64,000 bases of DNA from the NCBI RefSeq assembly GCF_006345805.1, contig NC_043002.1, forward strand, positions 3,100,001 to 3,164,000, given 5' to 3'. A model generated the notes under the pieces. That model saw nothing but the letters and a program-made list of their open reading frames with translations. It had not been told where the DNA came from and searched no databases. Both the position numbers and the translations under genes were made by a program. Source of the DNA: Octopus sinensis. Lineage: Eukaryota. This document shows, piece after piece, positions 63,060 through 64,000 of this stretch (positions within the stretch are counted from its first letter, which is position 1; every line of letters starts with the position of its first letter).

Positions 63060-63470
63060 GTGACCGAGACCTTTGGTGATGCTATGCTTGAGAAGACCCA
63101 TGAAGCCAAGTGAAACTGCAGTCATGGCTGATGCCGACGTCATGTGACTGGCACCCATGCTGGTGGCACATAAAAATACCTTTCAAGTGTTGGGCTTCAA
63201 AGGTCTCGGTCCTTTGTCAATATTCAGAACTTGAGTTGAAGACCCATCAAGCCAAGCAAAATCATAGTTGTGGCAAATACTGGTGTCGTGCCAGTGGCAC
63301 ATAAAATCCCCCGTTACACTATTGGAGTAGTTGGCATTAGGAAGGGCATCCAACCATAGAAACCATGCCAAATCAGACTGCAGTCTAGGGCAGCCCCTCA
63401 GCTTACCAGCCCTGGTCAAGCTGTCCAACTCATGCCAGCATGGACAACAGACGTTAAATGATGATGAAAT
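63060..63470 (+). mobile_element. RTE 3' UTR copy (older subfamily, like 38160-38560)
   Basis: GACCGAGACCTTTGG..GAGAAGACCC..GGCACATAAAA..GGCATTAGGAAGGGCATCC..GACGTTAAATGATGATG. Confidence 0.75.
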
Positions 63471-63764
63471 AATGAACTCTGAATAATGTTGTAACACTAA
63501 CTCTTTAACATTTAAACTGGTCATATCCAGCCAAAATATTCCGTTTTACACTCAAACCAATCAGTTCTGCCCTTATACCTTGCATTCTGAAACTGAATCA
63601 CATTATCAAAATCTTAAAGCTAGGAGATGATACAAGATTGACTCAAAACATTTGACCAAGTAATCTGAATGCTAAACGATTAAGTCTAACTACTTTTAAC
63701 CATTCTGAAAATTCCACAAAAACTACATAAAACAAAAATGTGAAGCCAACAAAATTTCAACCTA

Positions 63765-63998
<234 letters not shown>

Positions 63999-64000
63999 GA

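Overview
AT-rich, repeat-dense animal genomic DNA. The SINE, MITE and RTE families look like those of a coleoid cephalopod (Octopus-like); this is recognition from memory, not a database result. Two host genes converge. On + are the last two coding exons of an HRG1/SLC48A1 heme transporter (12898-13065, 15355-15521); its first exon was not found in the window. On - are the last two coding exons of an HP1/CBX chromo-shadow-domain protein (63866-63766, 57001-56854), probably with a long 3' UTR. The rest is mostly mobile DNA: three tRNA-derived SINE families, RTE LINEs that carry a PHD finger inside ORF2 and variable tandem arrays in the 3' UTR, CR1 fragments, three decayed mariners, a Chapaev3 transposon nested in one mariner, non-autonomous Helitrons/HINE, piggyBac- and hAT-type MITEs, and microsatellites. 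The most unusual signal is a minimal type I hammerhead ribozyme motif on the - strand (core 2082-2123). It has a palindromic stem III of the Penelope/retrozyme type and sits inside a small, heavily structured element (about 1880-2210). A second, degenerate hammerhead-like motif lies at 1244-1277. Repeat boundaries are approximate unless TIR/TSD positions are given.
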